Below are positions 63,832-64,000 of a DNA stretch of 64,000 nt, one piece after another. Below the pieces are notes generated by a model. It made no database searches. It worked only from the letters and a program-made list of their open reading frames with translations, and was not told the DNA's origin. The position numbers and the translations under genes were made by a program. The DNA is from Anolis carolinensis (lineage: Eukaryota). How positions within the stretch are numbered: the first letter of the stretch is position 1; each line of letters starts with the position of its first letter. The stretch is from positions 74,766,024 through 74,830,023 of the forward strand of contig NC_085845.1 in assembly GCF_035594765.1 (NCBI RefSeq), read 5' to 3'.

Positions 63832-64000
63832 CCTGTGCCTTCAAGTTGCTTGTGGATTTATGACAATCCCATGAATTTCATAGGGTATTCTTAGGTAAGC
63901 AATTCCCAAAGGCAGTTTTGCCAGTTCCTTCCTCTCAGACTAAATCTGAGTTTATTGGCAGTCTCCTAGCCAAGACTGCCCATTCATCTGCTGCCTTAAG
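63832..64000 (-). mobile_element. 5S-headed SINE copy, degenerate
   Basis: Reverse complement resembles 18562-18755. Confidence 0.5.

Overview
Eukaryotic (squamate, most likely Anolis-type lizard) genomic DNA, not prokaryotic; the organism is inferred from Sauria SINEs and other Anolis-type repeats. The right half (about 34145-64000, minus strand) holds the 3' part of the receptor tyrosine kinase gene KIT: coding exons 8-21 with GT-AG boundaries and an intact frame, a stop at 37575-37577, and a ~3.4 kb 3' UTR with a poly(A) signal at 34165-34170. Exons 1-7 lie beyond the window. The left half is KIT-downstream intergenic DNA rich in retroelements (Sauria, MIR-like and 5S-headed SINEs; CR1, L2, RTE, Vingi-like, R4/Dong-like and Penelope elements; a solo LTR) and DNA-transposon MITEs, with two N gaps. 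Main observations: (1) a CPEB3/HDV-type double-pseudoknot fold with a kink-turn, covarying between the 5' ends of RTE and R4/Dong-like LINEs, with one copy in sense just past the KIT poly(A) site; (2) an in-frame intron-16 ATG giving a 12-aa extension like mouse tr-kit; (3) no splice sites for the GNNK+ and Ser715+ isoforms, and two kinase-insert tyrosines missing; (4) an exact M-box/TCF composite downstream of KIT; (5) 5'-inverted non-L1 LINE insertions. Repeat family names come from recognition, not a database search, and many repeat boundaries are approximate.
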